DNA from: Candidatus Marinacidobacterales bacterium
Lineage (GTDB): Bacteria > Acidobacteriota > Vicinamibacteria > Marinacidobacterales > SMYC01
Length of the DNA: 64,000 nucleotides
Direction: 5' to 3'
NCBI GenBank assembly: GCA_965224085.1
Contig: CBDCYI010000005.1
Coordinates: forward strand, 288,001-352,000
Positions 62,401 to 64,000 of the stretch are shown piece by piece (positions within the stretch are counted from its first letter, which is position 1; each line of letters opens with the position of its first letter). A program made the position numbers and the translations under genes. Under the pieces are notes generated by a model, which worked only from the letters and a program-made list of their open reading frames with translations, did no database searches and was not told where the DNA came from.

Positions 62401-62655
62401 TTGACCCGCACCGTCGGTCCCAAGCCATCGTTCAACCTTCCTCCCAAAGCGTTGAACAATCGGCTGGCGGCGCTCACCAGGTATGTGGGAGGGGCGGACG
62501 AGAGACCGACCCAGCAAGCATACGGCGTATTCGAGGATCTGTCAGGGCGGGTGACCGAGCAACTGCGCCAGCTGGAAGAGATTCTCACCAAGGAGGTCTC
62601 GGCGGTCATCGGTCAGCACGAAGCGGGCGCGGAGCGAACCGCCTCCCGGCCATGA
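59428..62655 (+). CDS. VPS10/BNR-repeat glycosyl-hydrolase-like protein, paralog B2 (lipoprotein-like signal)
   Basis: Highly similar to 46837-50073; signal ends VVCGC; GAGGAGG RBS. Confidence 0.92.
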   Translation: MRRFSTVRVVLVSALCLTVTVVCGCSPESGGGRSGAARAVDYPSVDASFLTALEWRSLGPHRGGRSIAVAGDPQDPLVFYFGSTHGGVWKTTDAGITWRNVSDGFFKTAPVGAIDVSLSNSAVVYVGMGESLMRQNLTPGDGVYKSTDGGRTWTHVGLKETRHIAKVQIHPTNPNIVYVAAAGDVFGTNPERGVYRTKDGGKTWEQVLYKSEQASALDLSMDPTNPNVLYASLNQLQRLPWDQISGGPDSGLYKTTDGGETWTDITRNPGLPQGVVGKIGVAVSPAHPSRVWAIIEADDGALFRSDDSGQTWRRINERRDFRRNAPSYMHVVADTRDPDTVYLPSYRFWKSTDGGETFNQVPTAHGDNHALWIDPRNPQRMIEGNDGGATVTLNGGATWSTIHNQPTAELFGLAIDDQVPYRLYAAQNDNSHVSVPSRTNGAAIPFEAIPGGEGGQTAVKPDGSVVYAADRTAIARYDRRTGQARNISVWPDDQFTLPPKDVKYRFFYNFPILLSPHDPNVLYTAGSYVFRTTDEGDSWEPISPDITTNRLDKMQTPRGRPLTTSSSSLYWVSVAHALAESPLEQGELWVGTDDSMVHMTKNGGETWNDVSPEDLPEWTRFSTIEVSPHDRGTAYLAANRYKVSDRTPYLYKTTDYGRTWEKITNGIRDEDFVRVIREDPVRPGLLYAGTDTGVYVSFDAGSSWQSLQRNLPAVPVYYMLVKNNDLVLATAGRGFWIMDNVTALRQINPEVTTASAHLFDVAPTHRYLPVRALSPMRPFRPGIQFARDRNDIVVFEDRRGPDGRVKRFFLNAGENPPGGVMIDYYLKQPPSGDVTLTIVDAKGEEIRRFSSQAEDNLWMPAEAGMSRFVWDMRYPNARELPPEGGLVGAEYPRAQAPTALPGRYVARLSVQGQEYERPFEIRKDPRVTATDADLEAQFELMMQIRDRLTEVTDAVEQLREALGQLEEREGAASGDTAVATAKDKLRAIEGALTRTVGPKPSFNLPPKALNNRLAALTRYVGGADERPTQQAYGVFEDLSGRVTEQLRQLEEILTKEVSAVIGQHEAGAERTASRP

Positions 62656-63319
62656 TGCACTGGCGTACCCTGTGGTTGGGCATCCGGTGTGCATTCTACT
62701 GAGCGCAGGTTGAGAGCGCGCTCGCTCGCGGCTCAAATAGGAACCTCCCGAGGTTTTCGCCTCTTGGGCATTGAACCGTCATCTCCCTCGGCCATCCTTC
62801 ACTCTGACAGAAGTCGCTGCAAAGAAGCGGTTTGCCGATTCTGGATTTGTTGGCGAGTGCGTAGGTACTTCACCGAAGATGAATCAATGAAAACGTTTCA
62901 CCTTAGTCTGTTCTTTGGCGTCGCTTCCCCGCGTAGTGAGACTTAGAAAGCGTCGCCGAAACCGGCGGGCCACGGAGCAGAACAAGTATATGCCGGGTGA
63001 ACGCCGTCGCCGAGAACGGTTACAGACGAAGGCACCCGGGGCGGCCCCCACTGGCCCCAGCTGACGTTTCTCATTGGCAAGGGCTGCTCGTCGCCGAGCC
63101 ACGACTCCGTATGCCGGGCTCAGCAGTTCCACTTATGGGCCCAGAAGCGTAATCAATTGGACTCGCTCGTCAGCGCGATTTAGGTTAACACCTGTTGTGG
63201 CGAAGGTGCCCAAACAAAGAGCCTCCCGCCCCTGAGGACGGTTGCTTTCCGCTCGCTAATCGGAGTCGCCGTCGCCATCGATCTGCGATCTCCATTCTTT
63301 CGTTAGGGTTAGGTGTCAC

Positions 63320-64000
63320 ATGATAACAATGTCGAATCACATGAGTCATGCCATCCTTCTGGCAGGCCTTTTGTCGGCTCCGCTTTGGGCGCAGCCGGAG
63401 AAGCGCCCGATGACACTCGTCGATCTCCTGGAAGTTCCAAGCTTGAGCGACCCTCAGCTTTCTCCCGACGGCCGTCACTTGCTCTTCGTTCTGGCCGAGC
63501 CCGATTGGGAGATCAACGGGCGGGTGAGACATATCTGGCGTGCCGATCTGAAGGGCGGCGCTTCTACCCAGATGACGAACGGGTCCGGCGGTGAGTGGAG
63601 TCCGCGTTGGTCGCCCGACGGAAAGTCCATCGCTTTTCTGGCGCAGCGCGGCGAATCCCGGTCCCCTCAGATCTACCTGATGAACACGGGAGGGGGCGAG
63701 GCCCGGCAGCTAAGTAACCATGTGGCGGCACGTCCGGTCGAAGACGCTCACTTTCCGCCTCTGTCCGAAATCCACTGGTCGCCGGACGGCGACTGGATCT
63801 ACTTCGTGGCCTTCGATCCTCTCTCCCCGGAAGACGTGCAGCGCGAGAAGAACAACGATGACGTGTACGCCTTCAACGAGAACCACGAGCAGAGGCATCT
63901 TTGGAAGATCTCACCTGCCGACGGCGTCGAGCATCGCATCACCGAAGGGGACTTTTCGGTTCTGAGCTACGCCCTCGCCCGCGACGGAGAGAAGGTCGTT
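63320..64000 (+). CDS. S9 family peptidase, second copy, runs off the window
   Basis: Near-identical to the 5' part of 56884-58998; frame appears open to the window end. Confidence 0.85.
   Translation, partial: MITMSNHMSHAILLAGLLSAPLWAQPEKRPMTLVDLLEVPSLSDPQLSPDGRHLLFVLAEPDWEINGRVRHIWRADLKGGASTQMTNGSGGEWSPRWSPDGKSIAFLAQRGESRSPQIYLMNTGGGEARQLSNHVAARPVEDAHFPPLSEIHWSPDGDWIYFVAFDPLSPEDVQREKNNDDVYAFNENHEQRHLWKISPADGVEHRITEGDFSVLSYALARDGEKVV

Noticed and set aside
1-64000. Integron cassette array explaining the mosaic
   Set aside because: Isolated RYYTAAC/GTTAG words occur (e.g. 5901, 24021, 43037, 56866) but not as paired attC boxes. There is no integrase, and gene orientations are mixed.

Overview
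GC-rich bacterial accessory region, probably Acidobacteriota-like (inferred from gene content). No rRNA, tRNA or CRISPR array was seen. It is dominated by exported (Sec/Tat) enzymes and beta-propeller proteins: a DUF1592-DUF1552-ankyrin trio, secreted ureidoglycolate-lyase-like and HpcH-like proteins, amidases, a D-aminoacylase, an M19 dipeptidase, TolB/PD40-fused metallohydrolases and S9 peptidases. It also holds a Dpp/Opp ABC transporter and five VPS10/BNR (Asp-box) proteins, including two recent paralog pairs whose differences cluster beside the same conserved motifs. Intact genes are separated by many truncated gene stubs and IS remnants. The strongest sequence-level signal is an intact IS110 recombinase whose non-coding leader carries a 10-nt match (TTGACAGCAA) to its own flank, an IS6-type inverted repeat. 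A ~77-bp non-autonomous copy of the same element sits at a second IS6 end 9 kb away. Together these suggest a candidate bridge-RNA system that targets another transposon's ends.
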